A stretch of DNA of 64,000 nucleotides from Malacoraja senta (lineage: Eukaryota), in the NCBI GenBank assembly GCA_038087875.1, contig CM075982.1, forward strand, positions 30,504,001 to 30,568,000, written 5' to 3'. Both the position numbers and the translations under genes were made by a program. The notes under the pieces are model-generated. The model was given only the letters and a program-made list of their open reading frames with translations, did not search any database and was not told the DNA's origin. This document shows, one piece after another, positions 1-11,102 of the stretch (positions within the stretch are counted from its first letter, which is position 1; each line of letters opens with the position of its first letter).

Positions 1-160
1 GATGTGGCCCTTGTGGCTAAAGGGATCAGGGGGTATGGAGAGAAGGCAGGTACGGGATACTGAGTTGGATGATCAGCCATGATCATATTGAATGGCGGTG
101 CAGGCTCGAAGGGCCGAATGGCCTACTCCTGCACCTATTTTCTATGTATCTATGTATCTA
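1..160 (+). mobile_element. CR1-type LINE 3' end fragment
   Basis: DVALVAKGIRGYGEKAGTGY C-terminus, gggccgaatggcctactcctgcacct 3' UTR and (tatctatg)n tail; the same sequence recurs many times in the window. Confidence 0.8.
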
Positions 161-916
161 TGTAAATAGGCCATTCAGCCCAACTTGTCCATGCTGACAA
201 AGATGCCCCATCTACTCTAGTCCCGCCGTTGGCCCAGATCCCTCTAAACCTTTCCTCACCGTGTACCTGTCCAGGTGTCTCTTATGTCGTTATAGCACTT
301 GCCTCAACTTCCTTCTCTAACGTCAAGTAACCCTTGCAACCCTCTCTCTCCGTTCCCCTCCCCAACCCCCCCAAGTTGTTGTACCAGCTTCATTGTCTGT
401 AACTCATTTTCACCTGGCCCACAGCTAACAACGACCTGTCTCCTTTATCATCAATACTTTTTTGCATATCTTTCAGTCATTTGTTATATATCTCTCCATA
501 TCACCGTCTCTATCTCTTGTTTCCCTTTCCCTTAACTCTCAGTCTGAAGAAGGGTCTCGACCCAAAATGTCACCTATTGCTTGTCTCCACAGATGCTGCC
601 CGACCCACTGGGTTACTCCAGCTTTTTGTGTGATTCTTTCCTGATAGCTCGTTCCATACACCCACCACCCTCTGTGTGAAAAATGTTGCCCCTCAGGTTC
701 CAATTAAATCTTTCCCCCTCACACCTTAAATCTATGTCCTCTGGTTCTTGATTCTCCTACTCTGGGTAAAATAATCTGGGCATTCGCCCTAACTGATTCT
801 TTCATGATTTTAAGCACCTCCATAAGATTAGCCCTCAGCCTCCTGTGCACCAACAGTCCCAGCCTGCCTATAGCTCAGGCCCTCGAGTCCTGGCAACATC
901 CTATGTCTATAAAAGT

Positions 917-1585
917 AAGCATGCAGTGAAGAAAGCGAATGGCATGTTGGCCTTTATAACAAGAGGAGTCGAGTATAGGAGCAAAGAGGTCCTCCCGCCG
1001 TTGTACAGGGCCCTAGTGAGACCACACCTGGAGTATTGTGTGCAGTTTTGGTCCCTTAATTTGAGGAAGGACATTCTTGCTATTGAGGGAGTGCAGCGTA
1101 GGTTTACAAGGTTAATTCCTGGGATGGCAGGACTGTCATATGCTGAGAGAATGGAGCAGCTGGGCTTGTACACTCTGGAGTTTAGAAGAATGAGAGGGGA
1201 TCTTAATGAAACATATAAGATTGTTAAGGGTTTGGACACGCTAGAGGCAGGAAACATGTTCCCAACATTGGGGGAGTCCAGAACCAGGGGCCACAGTTTA
1301 AGAATAAGCGGTAAGCCATTTAGAAGGGAGACGAGGAAACACTTTTTCTCACAGAGAGTGGTGAGTCTGTGGAATTCTCTGCCTCAGAGGGCGGTGGAGG
1401 CCAGTTCTCTGGATACTTTTAAGAGAGAGCTAGATAGGGCTCTTAAAGATAGCGGAGTCAGGGGATATGGGGTGAAGATAGGAACGGGGTACTGATTGGG
1501 GATGATCAGCCATGATCACATTGAATGGCGGCGCTGGCTCGAAGGGCTGAATGGCCTACTCCTGCACCTATTGTCTATTGTCATC
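917..1585 (+). mobile_element. 5'-truncated CR1 LINE (RT C-terminal region and 3' UTR)
   Basis: ORF 845..1495 contains LYRALVRPHLEYCVQFWS...RRMRGDL...RTRGHSLR...FFSQRVVSLWNSLP, the typical CR1 ORF2 C-terminus. Confidence 0.9.
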
Positions 1586-1764
1586 TGCGTGAATCCTCTC
1601 TGCATTCTTTCCAACTTAACAATATCTTTTCTATAACATGGTGCCCAGAACTGAACACAATACTCTAAATGCGGCCTCACCAACATCTTATACAACTGCA
1701 ACATGACCTCCCAACTTCTATACATTACTCGGACTGATGATGTTCTGGGTTTTTTGGGGGGGTT

Positions 1765-1966
1765 TTTAACAACAGGGATGACTCCCAAGTTCGTCTTCTG
1801 CAGAGAGCATAGACAAGGCTTTAGTTTTAATGTTTCATCTGAAAAACAGTACTTCCATCAGTACAACACTAAAATATTCACCTGGATTTTTTTGTGCAGA
1901 GGTCCTTGGACTTGAACTCACAACCTTCCGGCCGAGGGGTTAGAGCACTACCCAATGAGCCATGGC
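1765..1966 (-). mobile_element. Old DeuSINE (SacSINE1-like) copy
   Basis: Minus strand shows a degenerate tRNA-like head (ggaaggttgtgagttcaagtcc) followed by ctgtttttcagatgaaacattaaaac, resembling the Deu-domain core. Recognised from memory of the consensus. Confidence 0.5.
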
Positions 1967-2131
1967 CAATAACTTTGGAAGGGGAACTTCCAGGTCTCCT
2001 CTTTAAGAAATCAAACCCCAGGCACCTCTGTGTCACACAATCCAAATACCAACCCGCAAATGCACTTAACCTTAGGAAACTTTGGAATAAAGGATTGGGA
2101 TCTAGGCTCAGCTTCGAAAACGGGATCAGGT

Positions 2132-2137
2132 TTTATT
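2132..2137 (-). terminator. Candidate poly(A) signal of the tapasin-like gene
   Basis: AATAAA on the minus strand about 930 nt downstream of the KKPY stop at 3068. Confidence 0.4.
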
Positions 2138-2174
2138 TGTAAATTCCAATAAAGCAACAAATTTCTTTCCTCAC

Positions 2175-2197
2175 CTTGGTCTAAGTACTGCAGCCAA
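2175..2197 (-). other. Candidate 23-nt alternative cytoplasmic micro-exon (LAAVLRP)
   Basis: cttcttgccttag|TTGGCTGCAGTACTTAGACCAAG|gtgagg; the phase-0 start is compatible with exon 7. Confidence 0.3.
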
Positions 2198-2671
2198 CTA
2201 AGGCAAGAAGATAAGACACAAAATGCTGGAGTTACTCAGCGGGTCAGGCAGCATCTCTGGGGAAAAGGGATAGGTGACGTCTCGGGTCGAGACCCTTCTT
2301 CAGACTGAGAGTCAAGGGAGAGGGAGACTAGAGGTATGAAAAAGGAGCAAAGAACAAATGAATGAAAGGCACGAAAAGAACAAATCAGAGCCGCCCGGCA
2401 CCGATGTTCAAGGAGAGGTGGAGCCCACAATGGTCCATTGTTGGCTGTGGGGGAGATGATGGCAAAGGGTACGAACTGTGAAACGAAGCAGGATAACAGT
2501 GAAAAACAGGAAGGCCTTAGATTTTAGATCAGATATTCACTGTGGAAACAGGCCCTTCGGCCCACCAAGTCCAACCCGTCCATACCAGTTCTATGCCATC
2601 CCAATTGTTGATTGGTGGCTAGTGCAGACTTGGTGGGCCGAAGGGCCTGTGTCGGTGCATCTCTCTATGAC

Positions 2672-3045
2672 TCCATGGCTAAAGCTGCTGCCTCAAAGTC
2701 GGAAGGTTGTAGGTTCAGATTCATTTCAAGACTTCCTCATCGTCAGTAAGAACCCTCATTAAACGCCTATTGGGTGGAACTTTAAATGGAGGCTCCACTT
2801 TCCATTTCCTGGGTGGGGAGGGGGGTCGAGTGGATGTGATGTACCAATGAGTGGGTCTGGTGTCCTGGTCAATATTCCTCCCCCAGCAAACAAATAACTG
2901 GGTGATTTGCCGCAATGGGTCCATGTCGGTTGCCGGTGTGTCCAATCTCCACCGCATTTGCCAACAGCCACTAGTTTTGAAGAGGTTCATTGGCGAGAAG
3001 GCACGAGCATGTTCCAAGGACACAAAGGGTTTCTGCTGCATCCTG
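2672..3045 (+). mobile_element. Old DeuSINE (SacSINE1-like), antisense within the tapasin-like 3' UTR
   Basis: Degenerate tRNA head (gctgcctcaaagtcggaaggttgtaggttc), ggtgtcctggtcaatatt core and caacag..act...ttcattggc tail motif. Twin at about 16043-16416. Confidence 0.5.
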
Positions 3046-3067
3046 CCTGAAGTGCTCTTCCCTGGGC

Positions 3068-3082
3068 TCAGTACGGCTTCTT
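3068..3082 (-). CDS. TAPBPL: Tapasin-like exon 8 (KKPY-stop), duplicate copy
   Basis: tttcctttctctcccctgcag|AAG AAG CCG TAC TGA; phase 0 matches exon 7. Confidence 0.75.
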   Translation of the reverse strand, partial: KKPY

Positions 3083-3129
3083 CTGCAGGGGAGAGAAAGG
3101 AAACGTGAGTGGAAAATCCGCGCTGTGGA

Positions 3130-3335
3130 CCGTAACCCGCCTCGCCCGCCGCAGATCGAGGGCCCACGGGAACCCACCTGGAGGGCCGGCGAGCAGACCA
3201 GCTGCGGGAGGGCGTGCGCGGCCTAGATGGGGGAGTGGCCGCTGGAGGCCCTGCAGCAGCCTGGGGCTCGGCTGGACCGGGTGCTGCTCCAAGAGGCCTA
3301 CAGCAGTGGAGCAGCGGCAGAGGCCGACCCTGCAA
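3130..3335. repeat. Unclassified GC-rich interspersed repeat
   Basis: Reverse-complement match to about 14690-14875 (ccggtccagccgagccccaggctgctgca...ggccctccaggtggg). Confidence 0.7.
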
Positions 3336-3340
3336 CGTTG

Positions 3341-3725
3341 CTTGGTTTTTTGCTCTGACATGCACTGTCAACTGTGGGACCTTATGTGTGCCTTTCCAAA
3401 TCATGTCCAATCAATTTAATTTACCACTGGTGGACTCCAATCAAGTTGTAGAAACATCTCAAGGATAATCAATGGAAACAGGCTGAACCTAAGCTCAATT
3501 TTGAGTGTCATAGCAAAGGGTCTGAATACTTATGTAAATGTGATATTTCAGTTATTTCTTTTTAATTACTTTGCAAAACTTTATAAACACCTGTTTTCAC
3601 TTCTTCATTCTGGGGTATTGTGTGTAGATTGATGATTTAAAAAAATGAATTTAATCCATTTTAAAATAAGGCTGTAATGTAACAAAATGTGGTAAAAGTG
3701 GTCTGAATACTTTCTGAATACACTG
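3341..3725 (+). mobile_element. Tc1-like DNA transposon, internally deleted right end with IR/DR repeats
   Basis: Two gtctgaatactt direct repeats and a terminal ...ctgaatacactg|TA, typical of fish Tc1-like elements. Confidence 0.75.
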
Positions 3726-4055
3726 TAGCTTTAGAAAGGAGATGAGGAGGAATTTCTTTGGTCAGATGGTGGTCAATCTGTGGAATTCATTGCCACAGAC
3801 AGCTGTGGAGGCCAAGTCATTGGATATTTATAAGGCGAAGATTGCAAGATGCTTGATTAGTACGGGTGTGAGGAGTTATAGGGAGAGGCCAAGAGAATGG
3901 AGTTGAGGGAAAGACAGATCAGCCATGATTGAATGGGGGAGTAGACGAGATTGGTCAAATGGCCTACTTCTGCTCCAGTGACTTCGAAACTTACCATGTT
4001 TGTACTGTTTTCCTGCATGAATAAATGTAGTATTCAAACACAATATTTCTCTTAC

Positions 4056-4072
4056 CTTGTTCTTGTCCATAA
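4056..4072 (-). CDS. TAPBPL: Tapasin-like exon 7 (17-nt micro-exon, VMDKNK), duplicate copy
   Basis: ctttgctttgcag|TTATGGACAAGAACAAG|gtaaga; phase 1 to 0. Confidence 0.75.
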
Positions 4073-4272
4073 CTGCAAAGCAAAGGATGCAGCGTCATTA
4101 CAACTTATGTCAGCACCACCACATCACTGATACATCATCATTGCTAGCATCGTTCAAAACACTTTTTCAAAATGGATAAACTACATAGCAAAATTCACAC
4201 TGCTATGAGCACAAACTCTTTCCTTGCTCTCCACTGAAGCTACAGGAATGGAAACACATTGGTTATGAATAG

Positions 4273-4580
4273 TTTAGTTTAGTTTAGTTTAGAGATACAA
4301 CCGTGGAAACAGGCCCTTCGGCCCACCGAGTCCGTGCCGACCAGCGATCCCTGCACCCTAACACTATCCTCTTCACTAGGCACAATCTTCACTGAAGCCA
4401 ATTAACCAACAAACCTGTACGTCCTGGAGTGTGGGAGGAAACTGGAGCACCCGGAGAAAACCCACGCGGGCACAGGGAGGATGTACAAACTCCGTACAGA
4501 CGGCGCCTGTAGTCAGGATCGAACCCGGGGCTCTGTCGCTGTAAGGCCGCAACTCTACCGCTGCGCCACCGTGCCGCCCC
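4273..4580 (-). mobile_element. HE1-like V-SINE
   Basis: tRNA-derived head gggcggcacggtggcgcagcgg, V-domain core (ggagtttgtac...gtttcctcccaca), CR1-like tail and (ctaaa)n. Confidence 0.85.
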
Positions 4581-4639
4581 AATAGACATCAGGTGACGTC
4601 ATCTTCTGCAGAACAAACCCCAAACTATACGTCAACAAA

Positions 4640-4928
4640 GGGCGGCACGGTGGAGCAGCGGTCGAGTTGCTGCCTGACAGCGCCAGAGACCCGGGTTCGA
4701 CCCTGTCTACGGGTGCTGTCTGTGTGGAGTTCGCGTGTTCTCCCCGTGACCATGTGTGTTTTCTCCAGTTTCCTCCCACACTCCAAAGATGTGGATGTTT
4801 GTAGACAAATTGGCTTCTGTAAATTGTCCCTAATGTGTAGGATAGAACTAGTGTACGGGGTGATCACTGCTCTGCACGGACTCGGTGGGCTGAAGGGCCT
4901 GATTCCACGCGGTCTCCCTAGTCTAAAG
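4640..4928 (+). mobile_element. HE1-like V-SINE, head-to-head with the previous copy
   Basis: Same head, core and tail architecture in the opposite orientation, about 60 bp away. Confidence 0.85.
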
Positions 4929-4996
4929 TAATCCTCGAGAGATGGGATCACCTCCCAATCATTAATAACATGTAAAATCAAACAGAAAGCACTCAC

Positions 4997-5089
4997 CTTT
5001 ATTCAAGTGAATTAGTAGGATGATCACAATAGCGCAGAAGAATAGAGTCAATATTAAAATTGAGATATAAAATAATATCTGAGGTCGTG
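4997..5089 (-). CDS. TAPBPL: Tapasin-like exon 6 (transmembrane), duplicate copy
   Basis: ttttccacag|CA CGA CCT...AAT AAA G|gtgagt; 93 nt, ARPQILFYISILILTLFFCAIVIILLIHLNK. Confidence 0.85.
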
Positions 5090-5194
5090 CTGTGGAAAAA
5101 AAATATATATTGAGCATTACTGCTTTGAGACTTAGGACAGGAAGAAAAACTTCAGGCCATGCTGGACATGATGACATTAAACTCATCTCCCCTG

Positions 5195-5582
5195 GCTGCA
5201 CATATTGGCCAAGTATTCACATACAAGGAATTTACCTTGGTGCTCCGCCCACAAGTAACAACATGACATACAGTGACAGTTACGAATGACTCAGAAAACA
5301 CTAAACATTAATAATAATAAAACATTAATGATAAAACACCATTGATCAAGCATGTGAACCAACAAAATACCAGATCAAAGGGAGGCTACAGATTTTTGGC
5401 TGTTGAGTAGAGCAACTACTCGTGGATAAAAACTGTTTTTATGTCTGGCTGTGGCAGCTTTGACAGTCCGGAGTCGCCTTCTAGAGGGAAGTGATTCAAA
5501 GAGTTTGTGGCCAGGGTGAGAGGGGTCAGAGATGATCTTGCCCGCTCGCTTCCTGGCCCTTGCAGTGTACAGTTCATCAACG
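5195..5582 (-). mobile_element. Rex1/Babar LINE 3' fragment
   Basis: RKRAGKIISDPSHPGHKLFESLPSRRRLR...RHKNSFYP resembles the C-terminus of the full-length element at 40404-43722. Confidence 0.8.
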
Positions 5583-6560
5583 TGATCCAAATCCCTCCAT
5601 TCCCTGCACATCCATGTGCCCCTCTTAAATGCCACCATTGCATCTGCTTCCACCACCACCCCTGGCAGCACATTCCAGACACCCACAGCCCTCTGTGTAA
5701 ACAAACATGCCCAGCACAACTCCATTAAACTTTCCCCTTCTCACCTGAAAGGTATGGCGTCTATCTTTGGACATTCCCTTCATAGACTGTCTACCCAATC
5801 TACACCCCTCATGATGTTATATACCTCTATCTGGTCTCCCCTCAACCTCCGAAGCTCTAGAAAAAAGAACCCCCCCTAATCCAGGCATCACTCTGGTAAA
5901 CCCCTTCTGCACCCTCTCCGAAAACTCCACATCCTTCCTGGAACAGGGTGATACTTCATTGCGTAGACTGGAAACAAGGGCGGCACGGTGGTGCAGCGGT
6001 AGAGTTGCTGCCTTACAGTACTAGAGACCCGGGTTCGATCCTGACTACGGGTGCTGTCTGTGTGGAGTGTGTACGTTCTCCCTGTGACCGTGTGGATTTC
6101 CTTTGGATGCTCTGGTTTCCTCCCACTTCCCAAAGACGTGCGGCTTTGTAGGTTGTCGACACAAGGAACTGCAGATGACGGTTTACCTCGGCCCACCTGG
6201 ACAACCCCGACCATCGATCATCCGTTCACGCTAGTGCCATGTTATCCCACTTTCTCGTTCACTCCCCACACACTAGGGGGACAGCTTAAAGAACAATTAA
6301 CCTGCAAACCCTCACGCCTTTGGGATGTGGGTGGGAAACCAGAGCACCCGGAGGTAACGCACGTGGCAATAGAGAGAGCGAGCAAAACAGTACACGGACA
6401 GCACTGGAGGTCAGGATCGAACCCAGATCTCTGGCGCCGTGAGGCAGCAGCTCTACCGCTGTGTCGCAGTGCAGCCTTGATGGTGGATGGTGATGGATGG
6501 TGCGTGTGGGCCGAAGGGCCTGTCTCCATGCAGTATTTAAAATGTCTGCTCATTGTTTAC

Positions 6561-6887
6561 CTTGCACTTTTACACGGACGTAGCGTTTGATCGTCTTCTC
6601 CAAGCTGACGTGGTCGACGTGACAAATGAACATTGCGCCGTTGTCCTTGAGGAGGGCGGTGAAGCGGAAGTAGCTGGTCACGTTGAAGGTGCCGTCCCTG
6701 TTCGTCTCGTGTGGGGAGAAGACGGTGTTGGGCAGGTAGTCGGGCAGGAGGTGCCCTCCGCCCTGCCGCCTCTGCCAGCGCACGGTCACGTCCAGCGGGT
6801 AGTACCGCTCCGCGCCGCACGCCAGCTTCTGCTCGTCGCCCTCCCTCAACGAGAGCGAGCTGTGGCTCAGGGACACTGTGGGCGCCT
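6561..6887 (-). CDS. TAPBPL: Tapasin-like exon 5 (IgC1 domain), duplicate copy
   Basis: ctgtgcag|AG GCG CCC ACA...GTG CAA G|gtaaac; 327 nt; LAC.AERYYPLDVTVRW...FICHVDHVSL is a C1-set signature. Confidence 0.9.
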
Positions 6888-7099
6888 CTGCACAGGGAGA
6901 GACAACACAATGCCGGAGTAACTCAACGGGACAGGCACATCATCTCCGGAGAGAAGGAATGGGCGACGTTCCGGGTCGAGACCCGTCTTCAGACCGAGAG
7001 TCAGGGCAGAGGGAGACAGAGATAAGGAGGTGTAAGGTGTGAAAACATGACATCAAAGGGGACGAGGGCCAAGGAAAATGTAGAATAAATCATTGTTAG

Positions 7100-7530
7100 A
7101 AACATAGAAACATAGAAAACAGGTGCAGGAGTAGGCCATTCGGCCCTTCGAGCCTGCACTGCCATTCAATATGGTCATGGCTGATCATCCAACTCAGTGT
7201 CCTGTACCTGCCTTCTCTCCATACCCCCTGAACCCTTTAGCCACAAGGGCCACATCTAACTCCCTCTTAAATATAGCCAATGAACTGGCCTCAACTACCT
7301 TCTGTGGCAGAGAGTTCCACAGATTCACCACTCTCTGTGTGAAAAATGTTTTTCTCATCTCGGTCCTAAGAGACTTCCCCCTTATCCTTAAACTGTGACC
7401 CCTTGTCCTGGACTTCCCCAACATCGGGAACAATCTTCCTGCATCTAGCCTGTCCAACCCCTTAAAAATGTTGTACGTTTCTATAAGATCCCCCCTCAAT
7501 CTTCTAAATTCTAGCGAGTACAATCCAGTA
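7100..7530 (-). mobile_element. CR1 LINE 3' fragment
   Basis: EFRRLRGDLIETY...FFTQRVVNLWNSLP and (catagaaa)n tail; twin at about 20465-20905. Confidence 0.9.
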
Positions 7531-8317
7531 GCTAGGAGAAGGTGACAACGAAGCATACAGCGATAGAATTTAATCAGGGCTAGACAAAAGTGCTGGAGGT
7601 ACTCAGCGGGTGCAGCAGCATCTATGGAGCGATGGAAATAGGCAACGTTTCGGCCCGAAACGTTGCCTATTTCCTTCGCTCCATAGATGCTGCCGCACCC
7701 GCTGAGTTTCTCCAGCACTTTTGTTTACCTTCGATTTTCCAGCATCTGCAGTTCCTTCTTGAACATACTTAATCAGGGGGACAGTCAGACTGGTCGAACT
7801 AGAGAGGAGGAGGGATGGAGAGGGAAAGCAAGGGCACGTGGCGTTAGAGAAGTCAATCTTCATACCGCTGTGGTGTAAGCTGCCCAAGCGATATATGACA
7901 TGCTGTCCCTCCACTTTTCCTCACTCTGACAGTGGAGGAGGCCCCAACAATGATATATTCTGCATTTTCAGGGGAGAGGGAGACACAGAGATATGGAAGG
8001 GTAAGGTGTGAAAACAAGACATCAAAGGGGATGGTTTTGCCACAGTTTGATGATGAGCATTAGGCTGACGTTTATCATTGTAGGTTGGAATCCGACACAT
8101 TTTATACGTTCAAAACATAGTCCTGACCTCATTGGAGACCCTCGGACTACATTTAAATGGACTTTACTGGCTTTACCTTGCACTAAACGTTATTCCCTTA
8201 TCTTGTATCTATAGGCTGCTAATGGCTCGATTGTAATCATGTATTGTCTTTCCGCTGACTGGATAGCATGCAACAAAAGCTTTCCACTGTGCCTCGGTAC
8301 ACGTGTCAATAAACTAA

Positions 8318-8540
8318 ACGGCCTGTCCCACTTGGCGATTTTTTTTCGCCGACGGCCGGCATCATATCAGTGTCGCCAAAAGATTTTGAACATTTCAAAA
8401 TCCAGCGGCGACAAAAGAAATGTTGCGACACTTGAACAAACACGTCATACGTCATCACGCCGCATATTTTTCAGTGATCTGATACGTCAGTCAATGATGC
8501 TGGCAGTCGCCGAAAAAAATCGGCATGTGGGACAGGCCCT
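8318..8540. mobile_element. PIF/Harbinger MITE (type B)
   Basis: TIRs a(c/g)ggcctgtcccac...gtgggacaggccct; TAA at 8315-8317 and 8541-8543. Confidence 0.8.
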
Positions 8541-8916
8541 TAAATTAAACTGAGCCTTTGTAAGTTCATATGTGCTGGGAGCAGAATGAGGCCATTCGGC
8601 CCATCAAGTCTACTCCCATTCAATCATGGCTGATCTATCTTTCCCTCTCAACCCCATTCTCCTGCCTTCCTGACACCCGCACTAATCATTAATCTGTCCA
8701 TCTCTGCCTTAAAAATATCCATTGACTTGGCCTCCACAGCCGTCCGTGGCAATGAATTCCACAGATTCACCACCCTCTGACTAAAGAAATTCCTTCTCAT
8801 CTCCTTTCTAAAGGTACGTCCGTTTATTCTGAGGCTCTGGCCCCAGACTCTCCCACTAGTGGAAACATCCTCTCCACATTCACTCCATACAGTCCTTTCG
8901 TGACAGCTTTTTAAAC

Positions 8917-9060
8917 TTTTAAAACATAGAAACTTCATAGTTTTAAAACAGAAACTTTGTAGGTTTGAAACAGAGAAACGTTGTAGTTTTAAAACGTAGA
9001 AACATTGTAGTTTTAAGACATAGGTAGGTTTAAACCGTACACATTTTGTAGGATTAAAAC
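8917..9060. repeat. Degenerate 22-24 bp minisatellite
   Basis: About 6 units like ttttaaaacatagaaacattgtag. Confidence 0.8.
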
Positions 9061-10067
9061 TCACTCACATGATCCATATCCCTCCATTCTCTGCATATCT
9101 AGTTTGCTAATTTACTGTAACTAGCTATAACCATGTGGGATTCAACCATGTTCGGTGAAGATTGAAGATGTTTTATCAATTATTTGCATTAATCTTAATT
9201 ACAGAACTCTGCACTTCACCCCGGCACTGAACTAACACTTGCAGTACAGTCATTAATCCCACTCCGAAGGCTGACATAGAAACATAGAAAATAGGTGCTG
9301 TACCGGCAATTCAATATGATCATGGCTGATCATCCAAAATCAGTACCCAGTTCCTGCTTTCTCCTCATATCCCTTCCTTGATTCAGTTAGCCCTAAGAGC
9401 TATATCTAACTCTCTCTTGAAAACATCCATGGAGTTGGCCTCCACTGCCCTCTGTGGCAGAGAATTCCACAGATTCACAACTCTCTGGGTGAAGAAGTTT
9501 TCCCTCATCTCAGTCCTAAATGGCCTGCCCCTTATTCTTAAACTGTGACCCCTGGTTCTGGACTCCCCCAACATCAGGAACATTTTTCCTGCATCTAGCC
9601 TGTCCAACCCCTTAAGTATTTTATGTTTCTATAAGATACCCTCTTCATAAACAAAAGGAACTGCAGATGCTGGTTTACACTGAAGATAGACATAAAAAGC
9701 TGGAGTAACTCAGAGGGACAGGCAACATCTCTGGAGAAAAGGAATATGTGACGTTTCGGGTCGAAAGTCTGAAGAAGGGTCACAACCCGAAACATCACCT
9801 ATTACTTTTCTCCAGAGATGCTGCCTGTCCCACTGAGTTACTCCAGCTTTTTGTATCTATCTTTAAGGATAGGTGATATTATGGTTCGGGACCCTTCTTC
9901 AGAGATGGGACCCGTCTGAAGAAGGGTCTTGACCAAAAACATCGCCCATCCATGTTGTCCAGTGATGCTGCCTGACCCGCTGCGTTACTCCAGCTGAAGA
10001 TTTCCGCCTGATTTTCTGCTAATGTCTCCACCACCCAAAAATATTAATCTAAGTTCAATACTCAAGG

Positions 10068-10372
10068 GTGGCACGGTGGCGCAGCGGTAGAGTTACTGCC
10101 TCACAGCGCCAGAGACCTGGGTTCGATCCTGACTACGGGTGCTGTCTGTACGGAGTTTGTACGTTCTCCCCGTAACCTGTGAGGGTTTTCTCCGAGATCT
10201 TCGGTTTCCTCCCACACTCCAAAGACGTGCAGGTTTGTAGGTTAATTGTCTTGGTATAAGAGTAAATTGTGCCTAGAGTGTGTAGGGCAGTGCTAGTATG
10301 CGGGGATTTCTGGTCGGCGTGGATTTAGTGGGCCGAATGGCCTGTTTCTGCACTGTATCCCTAAACTAAACT
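10068..10372 (+). mobile_element. HE1-like V-SINE
   Basis: Full head, core and tail, ending ccctaaactaaac about 30 bp from the IgV exon donor. Confidence 0.85.
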
Positions 10373-10400
10373 GGTTGTGTCATCAAAATTGGCAACTTAC

Positions 10401-10739
10401 CCCATATCTCCAGATTGATGGTGTGTGTTCCAAAGAGTGGAGGGACATACACCAAGCAGGTGTAGGATCCTTCACTGCGAATGTCGACATTTCTTATGCG
10501 GATGGATGCATTCCCGTCTCCGATCTGATCCAAGAATGCCTCAACTCCCTTCTCGATCTGTTCGGTCTGCTGGTTCTTCCCATTGTAGATAAACAGTTTC
10601 TTCCTCACGCCTCGGTGCTGATACCTCCAGTCAATGTAAAAGTCCGTCCTGTGGTCAATCTTGAAGCCGCAGTCCAGAACGAGGTCTCGCTTCATTTTGC
10701 TTCTGACCAATGGAGTTCGTGTGCGGATAACATAGTTCA
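10401..10739 (-). CDS. TAPBPL: Tapasin-like exon 4 (IgV domain), duplicate copy
   Basis: cacttgctag|TG AAC TAT...ATA TGG G|gtaagt; 339 nt; LDCGF...IDWRYQHRG...GDGNASIRI...EGSYTC. Confidence 0.9.
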
Positions 10740-11102
10740 CTAGCAAGTGAAAAGGAACAACAGTTATCACATCGATTATTAATGATATCACACAAGTTTC
10801 ATTTACCTCAGATAGACACATAATGCTGGAGACACTCAGCGGGTCAGGCAACATCTCTGGAGAAAAGGAATAGGTGTCGTTTCGGGTGGACCCGGATCTG
10901 AAGAAGGGTCTCGACCCGAAACATCACCTATTCCTTTTCTCCAGAGATGCTGTCTGACTCACTGAACTACTCCAGCTTTTTGTGTCTATCTTCGATTTAA
11001 ACCAGCATCTGCAGTTCCTTCCTACACATTTAATTTACCTCAGATGCCTACCATTTTAGTCTACCTATTCATTGCCGTCTAGGCTTTAATTCTTTTGTAA
11101 TA

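Noticed and set aside
2721-3410. 229-aa minus-strand ORF (twin at 16092..16781) as a novel gene
   Set aside because: It is stitched from a Tc1 fragment, the GC-rich repeat, the KKPY exon in another frame and an antisense DeuSINE; no recognisable domain.
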